Shown piece after piece: positions 29,133 to 36,966 of a DNA stretch of 64,000 nt (its first letter is position 1; each line of letters starts with the position of its first letter). The notes beneath the pieces were generated by a model. The model searched no databases and had not been told where the DNA came from. It saw nothing but the letters and a program-made list of their open reading frames with translations. Source of the stretch: a bacterium (GTDB taxonomy: Bacteria; Bacteroidota; Bacteroidia; Bacteroidales; UBA932); the NCBI GenBank assembly GCA_963649415.1, contig CAVJHI010000004.1, forward strand, positions 2,497 through 66,496, in the 5' to 3' direction. Both the position numbers and the translations under genes were made by a program.

Positions 29133-29761
29133 ATTTGGGCAATAAGCCGAATATCATAGATGTACTGGCAATCACCGCCGTGGTTGCCAGTACTTTCGTT
29201 TCCTGCGGCAAGTCGCTAGGCGAGGCTGAGAAGCTCAATCTCGACGAGACTCCTGTACAGAGGGTGGACGATGTCTTCGCCGTGCAAAGCAAGAACGGCG
29301 AGATGGAGATGCGTCTCGAAGCCGGGGTGATGGAGCGCTACAGCAGAGATGGCAACGGCAGGGACTACTTTCCGAAAGGCATATCCGTCTTCAGCTACAC
29401 CGAGGACGGACTGCTGGAGTCGGTGATAATTGCCGACGAGGCGGAGCATGTAGTGCCTTCTTCCGGAGACGAAGTCTGGAAGGCCTACGGCAATGTAATC
29501 CTGCACAATGTCATCAAGCAGGAGACGATGGAGACCGATACCATATTCTGGGACAGCGGCAAAAAGGAAATCTACACCGACTGCTATGTCAAGATGTACT
29601 CCCGCGACGCCTTTGCCCAGGGCTACGGAATGCGCTCCGACGACCGAATGCGCAACTCCAAGCTATTCAAGCCATTCAACAACTTCGTGGTCGTGCAGCG
29701 TGATACTACGGCAGTAATTATTGATTCTGTGAATTTTATTGGTCCATTTCCGAAAAAATAG
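29087..29761 (+). CDS. lptC: LPS export system protein LptC-like (OstA-like fold), probable lipoprotein
   Basis: LAITAVVASTFVSCGKS is a lipobox, followed by an LptC-like beta-jellyroll region (MEMRLEAGVMERY...VILHNVIKQETMETDTIFWD...). The true start may be the TTG at 29135, just after the upstream stop codon. Confidence 0.65.
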   Translation: MRRYEGHYDRADHQVDLGNKPNIIDVLAITAVVASTFVSCGKSLGEAEKLNLDETPVQRVDDVFAVQSKNGEMEMRLEAGVMERYSRDGNGRDYFPKGISVFSYTEDGLLESVIIADEAEHVVPSSGDEVWKAYGNVILHNVIKQETMETDTIFWDSGKKEIYTDCYVKMYSRDAFAQGYGMRSDDRMRNSKLFKPFNNFVVVQRDTTAVIIDSVNFIGPFPKK

Positions 29762-29805
29762 TTAAATTCGCAGCCCTATTGGAAAATTTTAAATAAAGCT
29801 ATAAA

Positions 29806-31893
29806 ATGGCGGTACTTGAAAAAATACGCGTTAAGTTCGGCCTCGTGATATCAATCATCATCGCGCTGGCCCTTCTGTCATTTATCATTGACCCGAGCAC
29901 TCTCGAGTCTGCATTGAATTCAATGTCATCGAAGTACGATGTAGGCCAGATTGCCGGCAAGAGCATTTCCTATACTGATTTCCAGGAGGAAGTGGACAGA
30001 TACACTCAGATCAACGAGATGCTTTCAGGCTCTTCAGCACAGAACGAGCAGACCCAGAAGCAGATCAGAAACACAGCATGGCAGGGTCTTCTCGACAAGT
30101 ATATGTTTGTCAAGAATGCCAAGGCCGCGGGCATCACCGTGGGCGAGGATGAGATGGTGGACCTCGTGTCAGGAGAGTCAATCTCACCTGTGATGGCGCA
30201 GAATCCGGTATTCCTCGACGAGTCCGGCAACTTCTCCTCCGACATGCTCAAGGCATTCATCGAGAATGTAGGCTCTGACCAGTCCGGCCAGCTCCGCACC
30301 TATTGGAACTATCTCCAGACAGCGATATACAACCAGCAGTTCTACCTCAAGTACGGCGCCCTCTTTAACGCCGCCAACTATGAGAATGCGCTGCAGCTCA
30401 AGGACGATGTAGCCGCAGGCAACACCACCGCCGACGTGGAGTACTGCATGACCTATTATCCGATGACCACGGACTCCACCGTCACCGTTAGCTCCGACGA
30501 GATCCGCAAGTACTACAACGCCCACAAGAACTTCTTCAAGCAGAACGCCAACCGCGATGTGGAGTATGTAGTGTTCGAGGTTGTACCGTCAGCTGACGAT
30601 ATCGCCGAGACCAGCGCCGAGATGGATGAGGCTTATGCCGAGTTCACCAAGACCGACAATATGAAGACTTTCCTTCTGAAGAACTCCGACCGCCAGCTCT
30701 CAAACTACTGGTACAAGGACGGAGAGCTCAATACAGTCAATTCTGAGCTCAACTCCCAGATTTTCGGCGGCCAGAAGGTATCCCAGATTGTAAAATCCGG
30801 CAACACTTTCTACGCTGCCCGCGAAATCGAGAGCGCGAATGTCCCTGACTCAGTATATGTAAAGCACATCCTTCTTCAGGGCACAGGCGCAGCGGTTCAG
30901 AACACCGCCGACAGCCTCGTGAATGTGCTCCGCAAGCCGGGCGTCAACTTCTCCAACCTCGCATCACAGTATTCAGCTGACCAGGGCTCAGCTGCTGACG
31001 GCGAGCTCGGAAGCATCGGCTGGATGACCCAGACCTATATGATTCCAGGCTTAGAGTCTGTGATGACCGCACAGATTAACAAGCCTTTCGTCCTCAAGAC
31101 CCAGTACGGCACTCATGTAGTGCTCGTTTCCAAGACCACCAAGGCTATCGCAAAGAAGCAGGTTGCCATCCTCGAGAAGACCGCTCTTGCAAGCAAGGAA
31201 ACATTCAACAGGTACTACTCCGAGGCCAATAACTTCGCCACCCTTGCAGGCGGCTCATATGAGGGCTACAAGAAGGCCATCGACTCCACCAAGGTTTACT
31301 CACACTCCCTCAAGGTCACCGAGGCCACATCTTCTTATGGCGCAGTTGACCAGGCAAAGGAAGTGACGAGGTGGATATTCGACAACAAGGCCGGCAAGGC
31401 TTCCGACATCATCACCGTCAATAACAACTACTTCTTCATCGCAGCCGTCAAGGCCATCCATAAGGAAGGCTATGCTCCGGTCAAGGAAGTTTCATCAGTT
31501 ATCCACGACAGGCTCTACGCCGATAAGATTCAGGCCAAGACTCTCAGCGAGGTTGCAGCCAAGATTGAGGGCGCTGCCGACATCAACGCCGTAGCTACCG
31601 CTCTCGGTACTTCCGTTGACCGCAACGAGGGCCTCTCATTCGCCGCTACGACCGTTGACCCGGCCCTTATCGGAGCCGCTTCAGCAGCAGCTGACGGAGC
31701 CGTTTACGGACCTGTTCCGGGCTCTATGGGAGTATATGTAGTGAATGTAAGCAACAGGCAGGTCGGCTCATTCTACACTGAAGACGATGCCAAGAACCTC
31801 GCTGCCCAGAAGTCACAGTACATGTCACAACAGATTCTCAGCGTGATGTCCGACTACGACAATGTCAAGGACAACCGCGAGAGGTTCTTCTAG
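29806..31893 (+). CDS. Periplasmic chaperone / peptidyl-prolyl isomerase, PpiD-like
   Basis: 695 aa. It has an N-terminal TM anchor (MAVLEKIRVKFGLVISIIIALALLSFII), a SurA-N-like domain and a parvulin-like segment (VKHILLQG...). Confidence 0.8.
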   Translation: MAVLEKIRVKFGLVISIIIALALLSFIIDPSTLESALNSMSSKYDVGQIAGKSISYTDFQEEVDRYTQINEMLSGSSAQNEQTQKQIRNTAWQGLLDKYMFVKNAKAAGITVGEDEMVDLVSGESISPVMAQNPVFLDESGNFSSDMLKAFIENVGSDQSGQLRTYWNYLQTAIYNQQFYLKYGALFNAANYENALQLKDDVAAGNTTADVEYCMTYYPMTTDSTVTVSSDEIRKYYNAHKNFFKQNANRDVEYVVFEVVPSADDIAETSAEMDEAYAEFTKTDNMKTFLLKNSDRQLSNYWYKDGELNTVNSELNSQIFGGQKVSQIVKSGNTFYAAREIESANVPDSVYVKHILLQGTGAAVQNTADSLVNVLRKPGVNFSNLASQYSADQGSAADGELGSIGWMTQTYMIPGLESVMTAQINKPFVLKTQYGTHVVLVSKTTKAIAKKQVAILEKTALASKETFNRYYSEANNFATLAGGSYEGYKKAIDSTKVYSHSLKVTEATSSYGAVDQAKEVTRWIFDNKAGKASDIITVNNNYFFIAAVKAIHKEGYAPVKEVSSVIHDRLYADKIQAKTLSEVAAKIEGAADINAVATALGTSVDRNEGLSFAATTVDPALIGAASAAADGAVYGPVPGSMGVYVVNVSNRQVGSFYTEDDAKNLAAQKSQYMSQQILSVMSDYDNVKDNRERFF

Positions 31894-31913
31894 CAGACAC
31901 ACTCACACCATAC

Positions 31914-31950
31914 AAGAAGCCGTCCCGCCCAGGGTCGGCTTCTTTTTTAT
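31914..31950 (+). terminator. Rho-independent terminator after the ppiD-like gene
   Basis: The stem AAGAAGCCG...CGGCTTCTT is followed by TTTTT. Confidence 0.7.
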
Positions 31951-31953
31951 TTG

Positions 31954-31961
31954 TATATTTG
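31954..31961 (+). promoter_or_regulatory. -7 box TATATTTG, 7 nt upstream of the ATG at 31969
   Basis: TAnnTTTG match immediately after the terminator. Confidence 0.45.
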
Positions 31962-31968
31962 CAGCCGT

Positions 31969-32559
31969 ATGGCTCAATCTGTAATTGAAGAAAAATGCGC
32001 CCGTTGCGGCGAAGCTCACAGGATGGAGTTCGCCGGGAGCGTGAATGCTCTCGTATCTCCTGAACTCAAGGAGAGGGTAAAGAGCGGTGAGCACTTCGTC
32101 TGGACCTGTCCGCACTGCGGCTGCGTCAACCTGCTCCGCAGACCTTTCCTCTACAACGACCCGCAGGAGCGGGTGATGATACTGCTTACCGATGCCGACC
32201 TCAAGGTTGACGGCCTTCCGGAAGGCTATACCGGCAGAGTGGTCAGCACCACGGGAGAGCTTATCGAGAAGATAAAAATTTTCGATGCAGGGCTTGACGA
32301 CATCGTGATGGAGATGTGCAAATTCGTTACCGTCAGAGAGATGCATAAAGAAGTGTCGCTGCGCTTCTACAAGATTGACGGGGCCGACTCCGAGATGACT
32401 TTCACCTACCCGCAGGACGGCAGGATGGAGATGATTTCAGTCGGGTTCAATGTCTATGAAGACTGCGCCGGCATTCTCCAGCGCAACCCGGCCATAAAAG
32501 ACGCAGTCCGGGGACTCGTGCGAATCGACCCGGACTGGCTCTCAAAATATTTCGGATAG
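31969..32559 (+). CDS. CpXC domain-containing protein
   Basis: Two CxxC pairs (CARCGE ... CPHCGC) are spaced as in the CpXC zinc-ribbon family. Function is unknown. Confidence 0.7.
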   Translation: MAQSVIEEKCARCGEAHRMEFAGSVNALVSPELKERVKSGEHFVWTCPHCGCVNLLRRPFLYNDPQERVMILLTDADLKVDGLPEGYTGRVVSTTGELIEKIKIFDAGLDDIVMEMCKFVTVREMHKEVSLRFYKIDGADSEMTFTYPQDGRMEMISVGFNVYEDCAGILQRNPAIKDAVRGLVRIDPDWLSKYFG

Positions 32560-32566
32560 GGGAGCG

Positions 32567-33715
32567 CTACAGCTTCCTTGCGCCGTCGGAGATTACTACA
32601 TCGTAAATCTTCGGCTCGTGTCCGAACTTCTCTGCAAACTGCTTCCTGGCCGCGCTTACGAACGGCTCATAAAGCTCGTCCTTCACGAGGTTGATGGTGC
32701 ATCCGCCGAAGCCTCCGCCCATCACGCGTGAGCCGGTCACATCCATCTTGCGGGCGAGACGGTTAAGGAAGTCAAGCTCCTCGCAGCTAACCTCATACAG
32801 ACGGCTGAGTCCGAAGTGGGTCTGATACATCAGCTCTCCCACGGTCTCGTAGTCGCCCCTCTCGAGAGCGTCGCAGACATCGAGCACCCTCTGCACCTCT
32901 CCGATCACATACTCGGCCCTGAGGAAATCCTCTTCAGGAATCTCGCCTCTCACCTCGTCGAGCCATACCCTCTTGCAGTCGCTCAGGAAGTCGATTTCAG
33001 GGTGGTTCTTCTTGATGGCCGCAGCAGCGTTCTCGCAGGACTGGCGGCGCTTGTTGTAGGCTGAGGATGCGAGCTCATGCTTTACGCAGGAGTCCACGAG
33101 TACCAGTCTGAACCCTTCCGGATTAAATGGGAAGTATTTGTATTCCAGAGTCTTGCAGTTGAGGCGGATAAGGCTGCCCTTCTTGCCGAAGCAGGAAGCG
33201 AACTGGTCCATGATGCCGCAGTTGACTCCGCAGTAGTTGTGCTCGGTGCTCTGGCCGATCTTGGCGAGCTCGAACTTGTCGATTCCATTGCCGAAGAGGT
33301 CGTTGATTGCATAGGCAAAGCAGCTCTCGAGCGCTGCGGAAGATGAAAGGCCCGCCCCGAGAGGCACATCGCCTGCAAATACAGCATCGAATCCGCCTAC
33401 CTTGCCGCCTCTCTTGGCGGTCTCGCGGCATACGCCGAAGATATATCTGGCCCAGGCTTCCTCGGGCTTGTCCTCCTCCTTGAGTCCGAAAGAGGTAGAG
33501 TTGTCATAGTCCAGAGAGTAGAGGTTGACCTTGTCCGTGCCGTTGAGGCGAATTTCAGCCATTATTCCCTTGTCGATGGCCCCCGGGAAGACATAGCCTC
33601 CGTTGTAGTCCGTGTGCTCGCCGATAAGGTTGATTCTGCCTGCAGCGGCATAGAAGATGCCGTCGTTTCCGTAAAGTTCAGTGAACTTGCCGTGGATTTT
33701 GTTTTTCATTTCCAT
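32567..33715 (-). CDS. galK: Galactokinase
   Basis: GHMP kinase with the galactokinase signature GRINLIGEHTDYNGG, the ATP motif PLGAGLSSSAA and GGGFGGC. The start is the ATG at 33715, and a -7 box lies at 33744-33751 (minus strand). Confidence 0.95.
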   Translation of the reverse strand: MEMKNKIHGKFTELYGNDGIFYAAAGRINLIGEHTDYNGGYVFPGAIDKGIMAEIRLNGTDKVNLYSLDYDNSTSFGLKEEDKPEEAWARYIFGVCRETAKRGGKVGGFDAVFAGDVPLGAGLSSSAALESCFAYAINDLFGNGIDKFELAKIGQSTEHNYCGVNCGIMDQFASCFGKKGSLIRLNCKTLEYKYFPFNPEGFRLVLVDSCVKHELASSAYNKRRQSCENAAAAIKKNHPEIDFLSDCKRVWLDEVRGEIPEEDFLRAEYVIGEVQRVLDVCDALERGDYETVGELMYQTHFGLSRLYEVSCEELDFLNRLARKMDVTGSRVMGGGFGGCTINLVKDELYEPFVSAARKQFAEKFGHEPKIYDVVISDGARKL

Positions 33716-33752
33716 TGTATGTGGTATATAATTGTTGCTATCCGCAAATTTA

Positions 33753-34604
33753 TCAAAAATACACAAAACACGCAACGGGAAGATGGTCACTTACTCCGCC
33801 TTCGTACCTCGGGCCGATGAATGTGCGCCGCGGCTTCTGGCCCCCGAATTTACGGTCCTCCGTTAGCAGGGCCGGATCGTCGAATACCTCCTCCCGCAGC
33901 TGTATGTCCCCATAGGAGAAGCAACCGTCAATCTTTTCCCATTTTCCGTTGTATTTAATGGTTCCGGGGCAATTTTCGGGCCATATACTGTCGTTAAAGT
34001 CTCCGATGCACACCACACTCTTCGTGCCCGCGCAAAGCAGCGAATCGACCGTTTCCTCCATTTTTGCGAATGCCGCCCTGCGCCGGTCGGATTTGCCCCC
34101 TATTTTGGATGGGTGGTGGTTGACGAGCACAGCAATCCCTTCCTTGAACTGCACGGAGAGTATGTCGCGGGTCGCAATCACCGCTCCGCTGCTGTCGCGG
34201 ATATGCACGGGGCGGCTCTCCTCGGGGCTCAAGGCCGAGCGGCGGTAGAGCAGCGCGCAGTCGATGCCGCGATGGTCGGGGGAGTCGAAGTGCACATAGG
34301 AGTAGTCCAGCTTGCGAAGGGGAGTTTCCTTTAGGAGGCTGCGGAGCACGAAAGCATTCTCCACCTCGGCGAGCGCCACGATATCGGGCAGTTTACCATA
34401 ACGGTCTGCAAATCTGAGAATTATCTTAGCAAGCGCGTCGCACTTGGAGTAGAATCTCCGCTTCGTCCAGTATTCCGGGCGGGCAGGGGAGCGGTAGTCG
34501 AAAAAATTCTCCACATTCCAGAACATTACGGAAATTGAATCCCTCTGCGCGTGTAGCGACAGCGGCAGCAGGATGGCGAGAAGTATTATCATAGTCCGTT
34601 TCAT
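33753..34604 (-). CDS. Secreted endonuclease/exonuclease/phosphatase (EEP) family protein
   Basis: It has a signal peptide (MKRTMIILLAILLPLSLHAQ) and EEP motifs (VMFWNVENFF, LAEVEN, GDFND, SDHLPV). Confidence 0.75.
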   Translation of the reverse strand: MKRTMIILLAILLPLSLHAQRDSISVMFWNVENFFDYRSPARPEYWTKRRFYSKCDALAKIILRFADRYGKLPDIVALAEVENAFVLRSLLKETPLRKLDYSYVHFDSPDHRGIDCALLYRRSALSPEESRPVHIRDSSGAVIATRDILSVQFKEGIAVLVNHHPSKIGGKSDRRRAAFAKMEETVDSLLCAGTKSVVCIGDFNDSIWPENCPGTIKYNGKWEKIDGCFSYGDIQLREEVFDDPALLTEDRKFGGQKPRRTFIGPRYEGGVSDHLPVACFVYF

Positions 34605-34768
34605 ACTGCTAATATGGTGATTTTTTGAGTATGTCCTCATCATTTTTATGAAAATTCAAATTATTTGTTTGATTTATTCCGGAATTTGCATATCTTGCCA
34701 CGGAACCAAGATTTACACATCGATAAACTCTCGAGACTGATGCCGTATTTTTTTTCTATTCATAGCTT

Positions 34769-34800
34769 CACTAGTGGCCAAATTTATTTGGCCACTAGTG
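34769..34800. repeat. Perfect palindrome CACTAGTGGCCAAA-TTTA-TTTGGCCACTAGTG (left copy)
   Basis: 14-bp arms with a 4-nt spacer, 15 nt upstream of the ATG at 34816. A second copy lies at 36426-36463. Confidence 0.9.
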
Positions 34801-34815
34801 ATAAAATATCTATTT

Positions 34816-35118
34816 ATGAAATCAAAACATCTTTTCATTTCAAGCATCGTCTTGCTTATTATGTCTGCTGCCATTTGCGGCTTGACGCTAACCCAAAACG
34901 ACCTTTCTTTAGGATTATTGTTTGAAGACCTGGAAGCATTGGCTTATTCGAATGAGCCACCAGGAGAGCAGGGATACCGACATTCCCAAGCCGTGTGGTG
35001 TGCCGGTGGAGGCTGGTCAATAAGAGCGGGATGTTGCTATGGTTCAGAGAATTGCTATAATATGGATCCGTGTGATGGACGAATGTATTCTTGTGACGGA
35101 AATAGCTGGTATAATTAA
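34816..35118 (+). CDS. NVEALA-family-like small Cys-rich secreted or membrane-anchored peptide (100 aa)
   Basis: MKSKHLFISSIVLLIMSAAICGLTL is a hydrophobic leader or anchor. LLFEDLEALA resembles the NVEALA motif of the Bacteroidales small-protein family. The C-terminal 56 aa contain 6 Cys and many G/W/Y/N. The ATG at 34816 is preferred over the GTG at 34774, which lies inside the palindrome. Confidence 0.65.
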   Translation: MKSKHLFISSIVLLIMSAAICGLTLTQNDLSLGLLFEDLEALAYSNEPPGEQGYRHSQAVWCAGGGWSIRAGCCYGSENCYNMDPCDGRMYSCDGNSWYN

Positions 35119-35135
35119 AATAAAAACATTTGACC

Positions 35136-36290
35136 ATGAAATATTTTTATATTTTATTCTTCGTTACCATTTGTCTCTCATGTTCTACTGTTGTTAACAA
35201 TGACTCTGCGGCTCCGACCGTTGATATAATCAAGGAAACAACGGAGGTGAAGACATTAGATAAATATATTTCTGATATTGATATAATTAGACTCAGCTCC
35301 GACTCTCTAACCATAATGTCTCCAAATAAACTTATCATTAATGGAGATAGATTAATAATCCTCTTTGCCGGAAGAGTATCCGAGTTTTCTTCTACCGGAG
35401 CTTTTGTCCGCAATATAGGGCGTGTTGGAAATGGCCCAGGAGAGTATCTTCACATTCAAGATTGTTGTTTGAATCACTCTGGAGATGAACTGCTTTGTTT
35501 AAATCACATGAATGAAGTTTTAATTTATTCTTTACGGAATGGACAGTTCTTAAATAAAATTCCAGCAGGCAATAGAGGTGTCACAGCTACTGCGGTACTG
35601 CCTCTTTCGGATGGAAAATTTGCATTGTTCTATCCTAATCCACCACAGGCGGACATAATGGATTTTGATAAAGAATTCAATTGTGTTAGAATTTATGACA
35701 AGTCTGGAAAGGAAATAGAAGCTTTGTCTCCACGAGAAGACTTTAATATCAGTATGGGCTTCACATCTCCTTCTGTTCAATCGTTCAAGGATTCTTATGT
35801 GCTTTCATATAAGCCAGGAGATGGTTTGTGTTATGTGGTAAAAGACGGAACAATAGCGCCTTTACTTAACATTACATTCGGAAACCATGGAATTCCAAAT
35901 AAAGAAGCGGTAACAGGAGTCGATGATCCATGGATGAAAATTTCTGAAATATTTGAGGCGGATTACTACAAATGCCCATCCTCCGTTTGCGAAACTGAGA
36001 AGGTCTTATATTGTTCAGCTTTTGGGAAGGGATCATCAGTATGGAATTTCGCACTTGATAAATCCTTAAAGCATGGAATTAGATGGCGTTCCATAGGTGG
36101 TTATAATCCCCCGATGCGAGCGTTGGCAGCCGACAAAGATTATTTGTATTTTTGCTTTGGTGAAATTGGTTTTGCCGACCCTTCGAAGACAGAGGACCTC
36201 TTACAGAAAATCATCATAGAGAGGTCGGGGCTTGTTCTTGGAGAGGAAGATAATCCTGTCCTTGTTAAAGTAAAATTCAAGCGATTATGA
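35136..36290 (+). CDS. 6-bladed beta-propeller lipoprotein (BF3164 / DUF5128-like family)
   Basis: MKYFYILFFVTICLSCS is a lipobox. The body is about 370 aa with repeated strand-rich blades (RLIILFAGRVSEFS, GNGPGEY..., FALFYPNP..., VLSYKPGD...), as in the Bacteroidales propeller family that usually neighbours NVEALA genes. It starts 17 nt after the peptide gene. Confidence 0.6.
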   Translation: MKYFYILFFVTICLSCSTVVNNDSAAPTVDIIKETTEVKTLDKYISDIDIIRLSSDSLTIMSPNKLIINGDRLIILFAGRVSEFSSTGAFVRNIGRVGNGPGEYLHIQDCCLNHSGDELLCLNHMNEVLIYSLRNGQFLNKIPAGNRGVTATAVLPLSDGKFALFYPNPPQADIMDFDKEFNCVRIYDKSGKEIEALSPREDFNISMGFTSPSVQSFKDSYVLSYKPGDGLCYVVKDGTIAPLLNITFGNHGIPNKEAVTGVDDPWMKISEIFEADYYKCPSSVCETEKVLYCSAFGKGSSVWNFALDKSLKHGIRWRSIGGYNPPMRALAADKDYLYFCFGEIGFADPSKTEDLLQKIIIERSGLVLGEEDNPVLVKVKFKRL

Positions 36291-36439
36291 ATAGCTTCTC
36301 AAGGAATAAGTGGACTGTGGCTCTGTGTGGAGTGGCCGTGAGTGTCCTTTTTTTCGTTATCGCTCTGCAATTCAGAGCGATAACGAAATTTAAAACGATG
36401 GAGCCCAGAGATAGATATATAAAATCACTAGTGGTCTAA
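36287..36439 (+). CDS. Possible 50-codon micro-ORF with one TM helix (MNSFSRNKWTVALCGVAVSVLFFVIALQFRAITKFKTMEPRDRYIKSLVV)
   Basis: It has an ATGA start/stop overlap with the propeller gene and is below the ORF-track cutoff. It contains a perfect 15-bp hairpin and ends inside the right palindrome, so it may be non-coding. Confidence 0.2.
   Translation: MNSFSRNKWTVALCGVAVSVLFFVIALQFRAITKFKTMEPRDRYIKSLVV
36353..36387 (+). terminator. 15-bp perfect hairpin downstream of the propeller gene (possible terminator)
   Basis: TTCGTTATCGCTCTG-caatt-CAGAGCGATAACGAA, followed by an A/T-rich sequence but no clean T-tract. Confidence 0.4.
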
Positions 36440-36463
36440 AATGATTTTATTTGGCCACTAGTG
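36426..36463. repeat. Second copy of the CACTAGTGG...TTTGGCCACTAGTG palindrome (imperfect left arm, longer spacer)
   Basis: CACTAGTGGtCtAAA-ATGATTTTA-TTTGGCCACTAGTG. The right arm plus 4 nt (TTTATTTGGCCACTAGTG, 18 nt) is identical to the left copy. Confidence 0.9.
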
Positions 36464-36918
36464 TAATATTAATCATTTTCACAACATGTGCTATACACTT
36501 TAATTCGGTATACTATTCGCTTGTGATTATTCTGACAATCCCTATATCTATGATTGGAGTCTTTCTTGCATTCGGACTCACTGACTTGATATTCGATAAA
36601 GGCGGATTTGCATCGTTGGTGCTGCTATGCGGAATTACTGTCAATTCCGGCATATATCTTGTTTCTGAATGGAAGCGTAGAAGTGGCCGAAAAAAATCCA
36701 AAGATTATATCCGAATGTTCAACAAGAAAATATGGCCTATCTCACTGACGATAGTTTCCTCAATTATCGGTTTGGCCCCATTTCTCATTGATGGACCTTT
36801 AGAGGTGTTTTGGTTTAATTTTGCTGTAGGGACAATTACTGGGCTGATATTTTCGGGGATCGCAATGCTTCTCTTTATTCCACCTTTCCTTTTGAATACA
36901 CCGAAACATCGTAATTAG
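36451..36918 (+). pseudogene. C-terminal remnant (about 155 aa) of an RND/AcrB-family efflux permease
   Basis: The sequence SLVIILTIPISMIGVFLAFGLTD...LLCGITVNSGIYLVSEW...PISLTIVSSIIGLAPFL...GLIFSGIAMLLFIPPFL aligns by eye with TM10-12 of RND pumps. The roughly 850 N-terminal residues are absent. The frame opens at a TTG inside the palindrome, just after a stop at 36442. Confidence 0.7.
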
Positions 36919-36938
36919 GGCTATCCGCTTTTTTTGAG

Positions 36939-36946
36939 TACATTTG
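36939..36946 (+). promoter_or_regulatory. -7 box TACATTTG upstream of ychF
   Basis: TAnnTTTG match 20 nt upstream of the ATG at 36967. Confidence 0.4.
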
Positions 36947-36966
36947 CACACTAATTTTTGAATTTT

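Noticed and set aside
34665-34925. Small ORFs in the island on either strand (34665-34925, 34859-35137, 35147-35413, 35550-35780, 35872-36054)
   Set aside because: They overlap the better-supported peptide and propeller genes or the palindrome. They are AT-rich frame artefacts with no signal or motif content.
34769-36463. Calling the cassette an integron cassette, IS or transposon
   Set aside because: No integrase, transposase or terminal inverted repeats with target-site duplication are visible. The palindromes do not resemble the attC R'/R'' consensus. It is reported only as a repeat-bracketed low-G+C cassette.
36451-36918. Treating the 155-aa ORF as an intact small membrane protein gene
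   Set aside because: By eye its sequence corresponds to the extreme C-terminus of RND permeases. It starts at a TTG inside a palindrome with no promoter-like element, so it is called a gene remnant.
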